Below, one piece after another: positions 30,909 to 40,086 of a stretch of 64,000 nucleotides of DNA. Below the pieces are notes generated by a model. The model saw only the letters and a program-made list of their open reading frames with translations, did no database searches and was not told the origin of the DNA. The stretch's first letter is position 1. The number at the start of each line of letters is the position of its first letter. Position numbers and translations under genes: made by a program. This DNA is from an uncultured delta proteobacterium (GTDB lineage: Bacteria > Desulfobacterota > Desulfobulbia > Desulfobulbales > Desulfocapsaceae), in contig CAWIEU010000003.1 of NCBI GenBank assembly GCA_963835305.1, forward strand, positions 41,353-105,352, given 5' to 3'.

Positions 30909-31682
30909 TTAAGTGAACCATCTTGAGGCAAGGATATACTTAATCAACATTCCCAGGCACATGAAAACGACTATGATTCGCAGGTATCTGGGATCTATCC
31001 TGAATAAACAGTGGGAGCCGCTCCAGGCACCCATGAACTGTCCTGCCATCATTAAAATACCAAGAAGCCATACTACTTTTCCCGCCAATAAAAACACGAC
31101 CAAAGAAGCGATATTGGTAGAAAAATTCAGCGTCTTGGCAACTGCCGTCGCATCGATTAGGCTATGGCCTCTAAGAGATACTCCTGCCAGCGCGAAAAAC
31201 GAACCGGTTCCCGGACCAAACATTCCATCATACCAGCCTATGGAAGGCACTATAATTTTCTGATATTTGCTCTTGGAGATCCGCGGCCTGGTAATTCCCG
31301 CAACAGGATGGGGCGATAAGACAAAATAGACTGCAATCAATACCAAAACACCAGGAATGACCAGCGTCAAGAGTTCCGACCTCATAAACTGAACTGCCAG
31401 GGTACCCAAACCGGCACCTATAAAAGCAGAAAGCATGAGAAACTTGACATCATCCCAACATACCCTTTTTCTGGTCAACATCATATAGGTTGCGGTAGCC
31501 GTGCCCATGGTGCCCTGCAGCTTATTTGTGCCTAAAGCAAAGAGTGGAGGTATTCCACTCATCATCAGAGCCGGCAGTGCAATGAGTCCGCCACCGCCTG
31601 CCAGCGTATCAATAAATCCGGCAATAAAAGCTGCCGCGAATAAAAAAGACAGCAGTTCTACCGAATAACCTGTAATTTCCAA
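30909..31682 (-). CDS. TSUP (TauE/SafE/YfcA) family transporter
   Basis: AGFIDTLAGGGGLI, LGTNKLQ and GWYDGMFGPGTGSF motifs. Confidence 0.9.
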   Translation of the reverse strand: MEITGYSVELLSFLFAAAFIAGFIDTLAGGGGLIALPALMMSGIPPLFALGTNKLQGTMGTATATYMMLTRKRVCWDDVKFLMLSAFIGAGLGTLAVQFMRSELLTLVIPGVLVLIAVYFVLSPHPVAGITRPRISKSKYQKIIVPSIGWYDGMFGPGTGSFFALAGVSLRGHSLIDATAVAKTLNFSTNIASLVVFLLAGKVVWLLGILMMAGQFMGAWSGSHCLFRIDPRYLRIIVVFMCLGMLIKYILASRWFT

Positions 31683-31741
31683 GTGATCTCCTTGATATAA
31701 TGCCTGCAGTTTGCGCCGAACTCTCTGATTTTCGTGGGAAA

Positions 31742-33637
31742 TCAGTATCCCTTCATCTCTTCTTCGGCAAATGGTTTTTCCGGTGTTTTACCCAATATCT
31801 GCGCCATGATGGTATTCATTGTGTTGATATCGTTGTCGAACCCACCATGTGAGACGCTGCTGGTTACACCTTTTTTGCCATTGGAATAGTAAATCGACAG
31901 CCCGGAATGCTTGGTCAAACTTTTCGAATAGCGTTGCATCCCCAGAATCGGCTTGTCGATTAATCGCTCCAGGGCCCGGGAAACCAGATACAGTAAGGAT
32001 TTCTGATATACAAGCGCAACATTGTCATCGAGTTCCAGCTGTTCGGTCAGATTGAAAATGGTCAGCGCAGGCAGTTTGACCTTTATCTTGCTACTCTCCT
32101 GCTCCTGCAATCTGGGCTCGTAGTGTTCCCGATAAAAATCGATCGAACAGGCTGGAGCCATCAGGCTGCAACTTTCAATAACATTCGGCATATCAAGGGA
32201 ATCAAGGCCATCCAACAAATGACCAAGCAGAATTGCCCCGGTACTGTGTCCGGCGAGATGAATTTTCAGATGCGTATCTTTCAAGGCCTCGGCAAAGGCC
32301 TTGATGACAAAGAGACCGGCGCTGATTTCACCGCTCTTTTTTAAACTGAAAGGAAGTAAGGCATCATTTTTCATCTCTTCCCAGATGGGAGTGACTGGTT
32401 TGCGGACAAAATCTTCTATCAGCAGGTCGCTTCGCTCGATGAGCTTATCATGCAAATCCTGGAAAAAACCTCGTGTCCGCTCACCGCAATAGGCGCGCAC
32501 GACCGCGTCCTTCAGTTCTTCCGCCAGGCCTGTATCGTACATGACATGGAAAGGATAAATGCCGTTGCGTTTGAAGCCGTTTTTTAATGCCCGAATACGC
32601 TTTGCCGATGCAGCAGGATTGTTCAGACCGCCATGGGCGTAGATCAGGAGGTGGTCGTAGCTTTTACCGGTATCGGCGGAGTCTTTTAAGAGCTCGGCGG
32701 TTTGCAGGATATCATCCGGGGTACTCCAGTAATCACCGTGTTCCTTGAATTCTCCATCATCGAAATGGACGAAATGGCCTGCTATTTCCAGCCGTTTCGG
32801 CGCGGCTTTTCCTGATTCTGCATCGGCTGTAATCTGGCTGCGGGCGGCCAGGCCAAAGATATTCGGAGTCGGAATGGCCAGCCGGAAGACCCAGCCGTCG
32901 TTGATATTTTGCAGCCAGTCTTCGTATAGCCAGACGGCGCAGCCTTTAGACCCCCACTTTGTTCCCCAGGAGTTCTGAATAATGAATCCCTGGTTGTTAT
33001 AGCCTATAATCGCAAAGGCGTGCCCGCCCTCAATAGTATTTGCAGGCGTGATAACCGCCAATTCGGGTTCCTTCCCTACCCGAGGAGAAAACCATCCCGC
33101 GTGGACATCGGCCGAGACAAAGATAGCGCCTACCTCATTTAACGCTGCGTGGTAGTCGCAAATTTCCGGCCGCAGGCGATAATAGGCACCGACAGTGCAA
33201 AATCGGGCAGCCTTGGCCCGGTCGATGGTTAACTCTCCCACCTCATTTTCCGTATAGGGCCAATCATTTTCACTACAGACACCCATATTTTTCCAGCCGC
33301 GTATGGCGCCCCGGCAGCTGGAACCTGCGTAATCCTCTCCCGGCCATTCATCATGATTTTTGGCCATTTCATAGAGCATGCGCGGGCTGGCTTTGAATTG
33401 CAGATCTCTTTTTTTCAAGTTCAATAGGTTAATAACCGCTGCCAGACCGAAACCTGTACAGGCCCCCTCTTTGCCCTGATCAAGGATCGTGATGCCATCT
33501 CGGTTGTCAATTTGCGGCTGCAGCTGAACAAGGGCGGGTTCGTACATGCGATCGCGAATATCAGGCGTGTCCTTTCGGACATTAAGAATGCGTTTTTTAC
33601 CGGCTGCATGCACTTTGGGAAACGATTTTTCTGCCAT
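31742..33637 (-). CDS. C1A (papain-like) cysteine peptidase fused to a C-terminal alpha/beta-hydrolase-like domain
   Basis: DQGKEGACTGF (Cys), GGHAFAIIGY (His) and QNSWG (Asn); then YAHGGLN, AGHSTGA and HGGFDND. Confidence 0.8.
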   Translation of the reverse strand: MAEKSFPKVHAAGKKRILNVRKDTPDIRDRMYEPALVQLQPQIDNRDGITILDQGKEGACTGFGLAAVINLLNLKKRDLQFKASPRMLYEMAKNHDEWPGEDYAGSSCRGAIRGWKNMGVCSENDWPYTENEVGELTIDRAKAARFCTVGAYYRLRPEICDYHAALNEVGAIFVSADVHAGWFSPRVGKEPELAVITPANTIEGGHAFAIIGYNNQGFIIQNSWGTKWGSKGCAVWLYEDWLQNINDGWVFRLAIPTPNIFGLAARSQITADAESGKAAPKRLEIAGHFVHFDDGEFKEHGDYWSTPDDILQTAELLKDSADTGKSYDHLLIYAHGGLNNPAASAKRIRALKNGFKRNGIYPFHVMYDTGLAEELKDAVVRAYCGERTRGFFQDLHDKLIERSDLLIEDFVRKPVTPIWEEMKNDALLPFSLKKSGEISAGLFVIKAFAEALKDTHLKIHLAGHSTGAILLGHLLDGLDSLDMPNVIESCSLMAPACSIDFYREHYEPRLQEQESSKIKVKLPALTIFNLTEQLELDDNVALVYQKSLLYLVSRALERLIDKPILGMQRYSKSLTKHSGLSIYYSNGKKGVTSSVSHGGFDNDINTMNTIMAQILGKTPEKPFAEEEMKGY

Positions 33638-33975
33638 ATTCTTCTCCTTTGAGGTTAAAGAATCGGGACGACAACAGCGTGCAGAATAATTGTTTTCTAT
33701 TCGATTTGGAAAAAAGAAAAGAGGTTGTAAATTCTATCCCTTTTAATTGCCTGGCAATAGTGAGTAAAAGTAGCACCAACCTACAGGAAAAGCAAGAGAT
33801 TATTCACACTAAATCGAGAGGTTAAGAGACACCCTCTATTTTGGCAATAAACAGATAACCCCATTGAGGATACGGAGAGTCGGTCACTTATGTTTATTTG
33901 AAGTGCTCCATATATATGCCATAAAAACAGAGAGATTAAAAATTGAATTTCGTATCTTCAGTGGGAGTTTCCACC

Positions 33976-34884
33976 CTAAAAATTTGTCAGCCAACGGGCA
34001 ACCGCTTCACTCACTCCACCTTTATCATTTGAGGCGACGCAATGAAAAAGCGTCTTTAAGTCAGGGGGACCATTGGCGACCATAAAACTTCGGCCGGCCC
34101 AGCGGAGCAGGTCCTCATCATTATAATCGTTGCCGACGGCGCAGATCAGGTTTTGGGGCACTCCTACGGACTCTGCCAGCCACCGGACCGCCTGGCTCTT
34201 GGAAACCGTCGGCGCGAAGATTTCTATCCAGATCGATTTACCGTCAAGAGGTGACGTAGCCTTGATAACGCTGCACTGCGTCAGAGCTGCCGTAATCCTT
34301 GCTGCGACATCATGTCCTTTTCTCTCGGGAACTATACAGAGGATTTCTGTGGCTCCCTCAAGAGCGAGGAGCGCATCGGCGGATAATTGGGTGGCGAATT
34401 CACTGTACATTCTCAGGCGTCTGTGAAAATCAGGATTACTGCTCCCGTTATGACGGTAAAGAAAATGTGAAGTGTCGGGTACCGGGAAATGGATCATATA
34501 ATCGAGACCGCATGTTTCCAGATAATCGGCGGTGCAGCGAACATTTTCCGGAGTGAGGGAGAAGCTCTTTAAGATCCTGTTACCCGGAAAATCCATAATT
34601 CCCGCCCCCGTTGAAAAAATTACAAAATCTATGGGCAATCGGCCGGGGATGCCGGAACGGCCAAAATTTTCCATGAGCAGGTTAAAGGAATAATTCGACC
34701 TACCGGTGGCGACGGCAATCAGAAATCCCATCTCCCGCAAGCGGATGAGGGCGCTCAGGTCAGCCGGAGCTATCTGCTTGTCCGTGGTCAACAAGGTGCC
34801 GTCCAGATCCACAACAAACAGGCCTTTGCAGCTCCTTTCCCCCAAAGGTTTTTCTATAACTTTCAAATATACCTCCGAACTCAC
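33976..34884 (-). CDS. Cof-type HAD-IIB hydrolase
   Basis: DLDGTLL, ATGR, VSKSQA and GNDYND motifs; start overlaps the recD stop. Confidence 0.85.
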   Translation of the reverse strand: MSSEVYLKVIEKPLGERSCKGLFVVDLDGTLLTTDKQIAPADLSALIRLREMGFLIAVATGRSNYSFNLLMENFGRSGIPGRLPIDFVIFSTGAGIMDFPGNRILKSFSLTPENVRCTADYLETCGLDYMIHFPVPDTSHFLYRHNGSSNPDFHRRLRMYSEFATQLSADALLALEGATEILCIVPERKGHDVAARITAALTQCSVIKATSPLDGKSIWIEIFAPTVSKSQAVRWLAESVGVPQNLICAVGNDYNDEDLLRWAGRSFMVANGPPDLKTLFHCVASNDKGGVSEAVARWLTNF

Positions 34885-36527
34885 TATTCCGTCTGCAGCA
34901 CCTGTTTTTTCAATAAGTCAGCCAGGCCGCTGCAACGTTCGATATTTCTCGACAGGGCCTGGTCAAAGACCTGCCGTTCGGCAAAAAGCCTTACCGATTT
35001 TTTAGCCCTGGTAACCGCCGTATACAGCAACTCGCGGCTGAGGATTCTGTTGTCTTCATCGGACAAAACGACAACCACCTCGTCGAACTCCGAGCCCTGA
35101 CTCTTGTGAATGGTCATGGCAAACACGGTTTCGCAGCTGGGCAAGCGATAGGGAGAGTAACTTTTCAGGCCGCCGTCCGACCGTTCGAACCAGACTTTCA
35201 TATTTGCTCCGGCAGAATCCGGCAGACAGATACCGATATCACCGTTGAACAGATCAAGGCTGTAATCATTTCTGGTGATCAGCACCGGTCTGCCGGGATA
35301 CCAGCTGTCCGGCCGGCAGTCAAATCCACGCCGGGCAAGCGATGCTTCCACCCTGCTGTTTATCCCCTGCACGCCCTTAGAACCATAGTGTATCGCGCAA
35401 AGAACCTGAAAACTGTTAAAGGCGGCAAAAACCTCTCCGACATCAACCTCGGGAAAGCGATACACTTTTTCCATATACTTTGCGTATTGTTTGGTGATAT
35501 ACGAGATCAAATCCGCCTGCAGAACCGTGGTATTTGCGGCGGAGTTATCCGTCAAGAGCGCCCACGCTGCCGAACCGTCGCCTGAATTGATACTTGCCGC
35601 GAGCTGCTTGATGTTGTCATCGAAGCGATAGGTTTTCTTTAACTCAACGGTATTGTCCGGCAGGCTTTTGATAAAATCTCCAAGTACCGCACCTGACTCC
35701 ACCGAGGCAAGCTGATCCTTATCACCGAGCAGAAGTAATCTTGCGCCGGGTTTTAAGGCATCGACGAGCTTACTCATCATGGCCAGATCCACCATGGAGG
35801 CTTCATCAACCACTACAACATCCCAGCCCATCGGGTTCTGCCGGTTATGCCTGAACTGCGGAGACGAACGTCTGAAACCCAGCAAACGGTGCAGGGTCTG
35901 CGCCTGGCCTGGAATTGCCTTCTGTATTTCTTCCGGGAGCCGCATCCGCTCAATACTATTGCCGATCGCTTCGCTCAGCCGCATAGCCGCTTTACCGGTG
36001 GGTGCTGCCAGAGCCACATCCAGGGACTGCTCGGCTGTAAGGAGCAACAGGGCCAGTATTTTTACCACGGTGGTCGTCTTACCGGTACCGGGTCCGCCGC
36101 AGATGATGGTGAGCGGCTTGTGCAGCGCTACTTTTGCCGCTTCTTTCTGCCAGTCTTTTTCCGGTCCGGTATCGTTGAAATGGCTGTCAAGCAGCTTCGC
36201 ATGGTCCTGCCCAGGCAGGGTTACCTCTGCCATTTTGCTGATCTGTTCCGCCAGGCGGGTTTCATAATGAAAGTATCTGTGCAGATACAGCTTGCGATTA
36301 TGGAGCACAAGCGGCGTTTTATTTCCATCAGAAACCAGGTGCAGGTTTTCCAGTAAAAGCGCCTCGGCTTCCGTTACCGGCAGGCAACTGTGCCCAGCCT
36401 CCTGCGAGGCGGTGAGCGTTCCGACCAGCTGCCGGAACTTCTCTTTCTCCACACCGGCGAGACCGCACCGTTCGGCCAGAAATCTCGAAAAGTAGAAATC
36501 CAGGAGAGTAGAACCATGATCAGTCAT
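34884..36527 (-). CDS. recD: Exodeoxyribonuclease V alpha subunit
   Basis: GGPGTGKT, APTGKAA, TLHRLLG, DEASM, GDKDQL, TIHKSQGSEF and YTAVTRA motifs. Confidence 0.95.
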   Translation of the reverse strand: MTDHGSTLLDFYFSRFLAERCGLAGVEKEKFRQLVGTLTASQEAGHSCLPVTEAEALLLENLHLVSDGNKTPLVLHNRKLYLHRYFHYETRLAEQISKMAEVTLPGQDHAKLLDSHFNDTGPEKDWQKEAAKVALHKPLTIICGGPGTGKTTTVVKILALLLLTAEQSLDVALAAPTGKAAMRLSEAIGNSIERMRLPEEIQKAIPGQAQTLHRLLGFRRSSPQFRHNRQNPMGWDVVVVDEASMVDLAMMSKLVDALKPGARLLLLGDKDQLASVESGAVLGDFIKSLPDNTVELKKTYRFDDNIKQLAASINSGDGSAAWALLTDNSAANTTVLQADLISYITKQYAKYMEKVYRFPEVDVGEVFAAFNSFQVLCAIHYGSKGVQGINSRVEASLARRGFDCRPDSWYPGRPVLITRNDYSLDLFNGDIGICLPDSAGANMKVWFERSDGGLKSYSPYRLPSCETVFAMTIHKSQGSEFDEVVVVLSDEDNRILSRELLYTAVTRAKKSVRLFAERQVFDQALSRNIERCSGLADLLKKQVLQTE

Positions 36528-39500
36528 TTTCCACCCCTCCTATTATCCGGTCCAGTTCCAGCAGTTTATGATAATCCGGAATGGTTGCATAGACTCCGCT
36601 GCCTGGAAACTCCGGACACATACCGCGGACGAAGAGATATCTCACCCCCCCGAAATGTTCTTCATAGCTATAATCAGGCAATAAATTTTGTAGATGGCGA
36701 TGGAGAACCAGGGTGTAGATCCAGTATTGGAGCCCATAGTTATGGGACTGCATGGCTTCTACCAGTTTTTCAGATGTGTAGTCGTCCAGCAGCTCCCCAA
36801 GAAAGTTGGTTTTATAATCGAGGATATAATATTTTCCGCCGTATTCGCAGATGAGATCGACAAAGCCGGTCAGATAGCCGCGCATCACTCTATGGCTAAG
36901 GGGGGCGACCGTCGGTTCGTCTGCCAGAAGAGCATTGATCCTGTCGGTTGCCAGGCGGCTGAGATGGAAATAAAAGCCCATTTCCTTGAGGCACAGGGCA
37001 TCGTCGAGCACGGAAAGACAGAAGCTATTTTCCGAGAGCGGGGTCGCCACCACCAGTTCAAGCAACTTTTGCACCGCATCCGCCGCTGCATCAACTCCGT
37101 AACGCGTGCATTTCTGCTTAAGCAGTTCCGAGAGTGTTTCCTGTTGTTCCTGCCGGGCTATCGCGGAAAACGATAAGCTTTCAAGAAGATCATGGATGAC
37201 GTTTCCAAAATTCGGCCCCGCGGGCAAACCCACAACCGGAAGCAGAGACTGTTCGGCAATTTTATTCTCCGGTGTCACGGCCGATGCATACTCATCGTCA
37301 TATTCGCTGAGCGACGCCAGGGCGGAAAAACTCGACATCTGCCAGTCAGTCTGCAGAGACCGGCCGGAAGGCTGCAGTGGACGCAGGTCCTGCCTCTGGA
37401 TATTTCCTGCGTAATGGACAGGCAGATCATCGACTGATACTGTCAAACACTGTGCGGATTTTTCCTTGGCCATGGTAGCAAATTTTTCCTGTTGCGCCTG
37501 ATGGTCGGGATCGCCTTCCGGAAAAAGGAGATAGCCAAGGGCCGATCGCCGGGAATCGGCAACACTGCCGTACGGTTTAACATCGGCCCAGCCGACATAA
37601 CAGCGAGTTTTCGCTCTGGTCAGGGCAACATAGAGCAAGCGTAACTCTTCGGCCATCTGCTCTCTTGCCGCCTGCTCCCTTCGGGCTTCGAACTTGTCGG
37701 AACCCAGATCGACCACCAGCCGATGCGCCTCGTCGTGACAGCTGATCTGATATTTTTCGCTCTTCAGCCGGTTGCTCGCATACCAGAGATAGGGGCAGAA
37801 AACCACAGGATACTCCAATCCTTTGGCGCTGTGCATCGTGACTATATTTACCGCTTCTTCATCACTTTCCAGCAGCAACTCGGCGTTGTCAGCACTCTGG
37901 TCGCCTTTTCTCATCTTCTCCAGCCACTGGAGAATCTGGCCGACACCAAAATGTTCTGCATTTTCCTGTTCCTGCACCAGCTCCAGGAGATGGAGAATAT
38001 TGGCAATGGTCCGTTCGGCCATCTGACGGGAAGCAAGGGTCGGCAGCACCTCTTCCTCGGCTAAAAGTCCCGTCATCATGGAGAGAAATCCCTGCTCCTG
38101 CCAACGCAGATTATACTGGAGAAAACGGCTATGACAGCCGCTCACCCACTCTTCGTCCTGCCAGAGGGCATGCAGGCGGTAGCCGGTCAAGCCGAACCAG
38201 GAAATGGTCAATGCCGTCTTCAGCCGACCTGTCTCCCCGGGTGCTGCGATGGCCCGGAGGAGAAGTACCATTTCCCGGCATTCGTCGGTCTTGAAAACAG
38301 ATTGCCGGCTGCCGATCACCGCGGGTATTCCCGCCTCGGCCAGTGCCTGCCGATATTCCTCAGCCTGCCTGTTGCTGCGGACCAGGATGGCGATATCATG
38401 GGGAGCGAGCGGCTGTTGTCCGCTTGTCTGCAGGAAGACAGGGTTGGCCTGATCAAGAAGCCGTCCAAGTTCAGCAACGAAGAAACGGCGCAAGGCCGAA
38501 GCCGCCTTACCGGAACTCCATCGGCCGTTTTTTTCTTCCGGATCCCGCTCCAGCACACAGTAAACCATGCCTGCCAGCGACTCTTCGCCCTGCAGCAAAT
38601 CAACCTCTGCCGCTTTTTTTGCCGGCAACACCGGTCGATAGGTGAGAACTGTTTCGTCAAAAAAGAAAGGATTGGGCCTTGAGCTAAAAAGCCGGTTCAC
38701 CTCTTCTACCAGTAAGGGATGGCAGCGATAGTTTTTCTCCAGGGTCAGCAGCCGGCTTGCCGTTTGCCGTGCCTGAAAATAAGAGTCGATATCCGCTCCC
38801 CGGAATTTATAGATCGCCTGTTTGGGATCACCGATCAGATAGAGGTAGTGGTCGTTTCCGCCAAAAAGGTTGGAGAAGATATGCCACTGTGTGCTATCGG
38901 TATCCTGAAACTCATCGATCAGAGCCACCTGGAAACGCTCACGAATAATCTGTTGCAGCATATTTCCCTGTTCGCCCCTCAGGGTCTTTGACAGTCGCAG
39001 GATCAGGTCATTAAACCCCATGGTCCCCTGCTGTTCCAGCCGACGAGTCACCTCGCTGCGCAACTCCTCTGCCAGTTGGACCCGAAAGGTGAGAATCAGG
39101 CTGTCAACAGCCGCGAGGAAGGCCTCGATCTCTTTATCGGGAAGCGGCCAATCAGCCAGATAAGCCTCTTTTTTGGGATCGCCGCGAAACTTATTTCCAT
39201 TTAACTCCCGACTGAGCAGCTCACGGCTCAGCAGCTGAATATTGGCTGGAACCGTGAAGCATTTCTCACTGAAAAATTCCGTGAGTGAATCAAACCAGCT
39301 CTGGCCGTCTTCGGTAAACTGTTTCTTGAAGCAGTTGCCTGTCCAGCCGGTGGTCAAGCAGCGATGCAGCTCGCCGCTGTTTACCGGCCACCAGCAAGTA
39401 AGACTCTCCATCGCTGTCTGCAATTTATGCAGGACATCCTCGATCGGGCCGCTCAGAGGTTCAATACGGCCATTTTCTCCAAAAACTTCAGAAACACTGG

Positions 39501-40086
39501 CCAGCATGTGTTCAGGAGAGGCAAAACAGCCGGTGAGCAGAGAACATGGCAGCGGAGCGAGTGAATAGATGCGGCTGCGCCAGAAATCATCCGCTACCTG
39601 GCTTCTGATATGATTAATATCGGTGAGCAGCTCCACATCAAAGAGCTGTCCGCTCTCAAGCGCCTGTTCCACCAGCATGCGCTGACAAAAACCATGGATG
39701 GTAAAAATCGCGGCCCGGTCGATATCGGAAAGAGCGAGCTGTAGCCGCGCCAGAGCCACTTGGCGATCCCGTATGGTTAAAACCCAGTCAAGAAGGGTTT
39801 GATCGGCTGTGTTCTCCTCCATCTCCATTTTTTCACCAAGAAGATTCCTGGCCTCAACCAGCCTCGCCCGGATGCGGGATCTCAGTTCTTCAGTGGCGGC
39901 TTTGGTAAAGGTGACAATCAGAATCTTTTCAATCGGCACTTCCAGATCGACCAGAGCCCGCAAAACCAGCATACTGATGGCGTAGGTTTTTCCGGTTCCG
40001 GCGCTTGCCTCAACGAGATTGACGCCCCTCTGCAGCGCCACCCGGGCGGGATCGAAAATGTCATACTTACCGGACATCGGCTGCAC
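36520..40086 (-). CDS. recB: Exodeoxyribonuclease V beta subunit
   Basis: EASAGTGKT, TIHGFCQR, DEFQDTD, GDPKQAIYKFRGAD and LYVALTRA motifs; nuclease domain GFVDLI...DYKTN. Confidence 0.95.
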   Translation of the reverse strand: MQPMSGKYDIFDPARVALQRGVNLVEASAGTGKTYAISMLVLRALVDLEVPIEKILIVTFTKAATEELRSRIRARLVEARNLLGEKMEMEENTADQTLLDWVLTIRDRQVALARLQLALSDIDRAAIFTIHGFCQRMLVEQALESGQLFDVELLTDINHIRSQVADDFWRSRIYSLAPLPCSLLTGCFASPEHMLASVSEVFGENGRIEPLSGPIEDVLHKLQTAMESLTCWWPVNSGELHRCLTTGWTGNCFKKQFTEDGQSWFDSLTEFFSEKCFTVPANIQLLSRELLSRELNGNKFRGDPKKEAYLADWPLPDKEIEAFLAAVDSLILTFRVQLAEELRSEVTRRLEQQGTMGFNDLILRLSKTLRGEQGNMLQQIIRERFQVALIDEFQDTDSTQWHIFSNLFGGNDHYLYLIGDPKQAIYKFRGADIDSYFQARQTASRLLTLEKNYRCHPLLVEEVNRLFSSRPNPFFFDETVLTYRPVLPAKKAAEVDLLQGEESLAGMVYCVLERDPEEKNGRWSSGKAASALRRFFVAELGRLLDQANPVFLQTSGQQPLAPHDIAILVRSNRQAEEYRQALAEAGIPAVIGSRQSVFKTDECREMVLLLRAIAAPGETGRLKTALTISWFGLTGYRLHALWQDEEWVSGCHSRFLQYNLRWQEQGFLSMMTGLLAEEEVLPTLASRQMAERTIANILHLLELVQEQENAEHFGVGQILQWLEKMRKGDQSADNAELLLESDEEAVNIVTMHSAKGLEYPVVFCPYLWYASNRLKSEKYQISCHDEAHRLVVDLGSDKFEARREQAAREQMAEELRLLYVALTRAKTRCYVGWADVKPYGSVADSRRSALGYLLFPEGDPDHQAQQEKFATMAKEKSAQCLTVSVDDLPVHYAGNIQRQDLRPLQPSGRSLQTDWQMSSFSALASLSEYDDEYASAVTPENKIAEQSLLPVVGLPAGPNFGNVIHDLLESLSFSAIARQEQQETLSELLKQKCTRYGVDAAADAVQKLLELVVATPLSENSFCLSVLDDALCLKEMGFYFHLSRLATDRINALLADEPTVAPLSHRVMRGYLTGFVDLICEYGGKYYILDYKTNFLGELLDDYTSEKLVEAMQSHNYGLQYWIYTLVLHRHLQNLLPDYSYEEHFGGVRYLFVRGMCPEFPGSGVYATIPDYHKLLELDRIIGGVEND

